NCBI RefSeq assembly: GCF_963921235.1
Contig: NC_086097.1
Coordinates: 248,126,001 to 248,190,000 of the forward strand
Source: Mobula hypostoma
Taxonomy: Eukaryota
Direction: 5' to 3'
DNA length: 64,000 bases
In this document: piece after piece, positions 62,635-64,000 of the stretch
Layout: each line of letters begins with the position of its first letter
Numbering within the stretch: position 1 is the stretch's first letter
Notes under the pieces: generated by a model
The model's input: the letters and a program-made list of their open reading frames with translations, nothing else
The model's database searches: none
What the model was told of the DNA's origin: nothing
Position numbers and translations under genes: made by a program

Positions 62635-64000
62635 AGTTCACAACAGGGGGATGGGAACCAGTGCAGAGAGACAGAGGGGTGTAAAGTGAGGGTAGAAGCA
62701 AAAAGTACTAAGGAAAAGAGTAAAAGTGGCAGGCCGACAAATCCAGGGCAAGCATTAAAAAGGGCCACTTTTCAACATAATTGTATAAGGGCTAAGAGAG
62801 TTGTAAAAGAGTGCCTGAAGGCTTTGTGTGTCAATGCAAGGAGCATTCGTAATAAGGTGGATGAATTGAAAGTGCAGATTGTTATTAATGATTATGATAT
62901 AGTTGGGATCACAGAGACATGGCTCCAGGGTGACCAGGGATGGGAGCTCAACATTCAGGGATATTCAATATTCAGGAGGGATAGACATGAAGGAAGGGGA
63001 GGTGGGGTGGTGTTGCTGGTTAAAGAAGAGATTAACGCAATAGAAAGGAAGGAGATAAGCCGGGAAGATGTGGAATCGATATGGGTAGAGCTGCGTAACA
63101 CTAAGGGGCAGAAGACGCTGGTGGGAGTTGTGTACAGGCCACCTAACAGTAGTAGTGAGGTCGGAGATGGTATTAAACAGGAAATTAGAAATGTGTGCAA
63201 TAAAGGAACAGCAGTTATAATAGGTGACTTCAATCTACATGTAGATTGGGTGAACCAAATTGGTAAAGGTGCTGAGGAAGAGGATTTCTTGGAATGTATG
63301 CGGGATGGTTTTTTGAACCAACATGTCGAGGAACCAACTAGAGAGCAGGCTATTCTGGACTGGGTTTTGAGCAATGAGGAAGGGTTAATTAGCAATCTTG
63401 TCGTGAGAGGCCCCTTGGGTGAGAGTGACCATAAGATGGTGGAATTCTTCATTAAGATGGAGAGTGACATAGTTAATTCAGAAACAAAGGTTCTGAACTT
63501 AAAGAGGGGTAACTTTGAAGGTATGAGACGTGAATTAGCTAAGATAGACTGGCAAATGACACTTAAAGGATTGACGGTGGATATGCAATGGCAAGCATTT
63601 AAAGGTTGCATGGATGAACTACAGCAGTTGTTCATCCTAGTTTGGCAAAAGAATAAATCAAGGAAGGTAGTGCACCCGTGGCTGACAAGGGAAATTAGGG
63701 ATAGTATCAATTCCAAAGAAGAAGCATACAAATTAGCCAGACAAAGTGGCTCACCTGAGGACTGGGAGAAATTCAGAGTTCAGCAGAGGAGGACAAAGGG
63801 CTTAATTAGGAAGGGGAAAAAAGATTATGAGAGAAAACTGGCAGGGAACATAATAACGGACTGTAAAAGCTTTTATAGATATGTAAAAAGGAAAAGACTG
63901 GTAAAGACAAATGTAGGTCCCCTGCAGACAGAAACAGGTGAATTGATTATGGGGAGCAAGGACATGGCAGACCAATTGAATAATTACTTTGGTTCCGTCT
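62635..64000 (+). mobile_element. Young CR1 LINE ORF2 (intact AP endonuclease and linker), runs off the window
   Basis: Frame +1 has no stop from 62569 to 64000. CVNARS, ITETW, YRPP, GDFN, LDWV and SDH motifs are all intact. Confidence 0.93.

Noticed and set aside
62955..63731. 258-aa minus-strand ORF
   Set aside because: Antisense shadow of the open CR1 ORF2.
10900..64000. First exons of amph, expected from human synteny
   Set aside because: I found no sequence encoding an amphiphysin N-terminus by eye; a small diverged exon could have been missed.
1..64000. CRISPR array, retron or other prokaryotic RT system
   Set aside because: No regularly spaced repeat-spacer array or operon structure. 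All RTs are eukaryotic non-LTR types, and the one gene is spliced.

Overview
Vertebrate genomic DNA that is mostly transposable-element derived. The repeat mix (many CR1 subfamilies, Rex1/Babar LINEs, HE1/V-type SINEs, GIY-YIG Penelope-like elements) suggests a cartilaginous fish, probably a ray; that is inference. The only host gene I can support is the 3' end of vps41 on the + strand: the penultimate coding exon (1571-1650) and the last exon (10356-10418, plus 3'UTR to about 10900), which encode the C-terminal RING-H2 finger. Neither exon appears in the ORF track. The rest is intergenic, with nested CR1, Rex1/Babar and Penelope-like elements, RTE-related and tRNA-derived SINEs, solo LTRs, Harbinger and Tc1 remnants and a HERO-like fragment. 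The most interesting signal is a Penelope-like family whose terminal repeat carries a minimal type I hammerhead ribozyme motif (consensus CAGTC-CTGAYGA-A-GGGTCTCGGCCC-GAAAC-GTC^GACTG). It has left fold-back, micro (22 nt) and triplicated-target insertions with 11-14 bp TSDs. An uninterrupted CR1 endonuclease ORF runs off the right edge. I found no convincing wholly new biological system. Most TE boundaries are approximate and read by eye.
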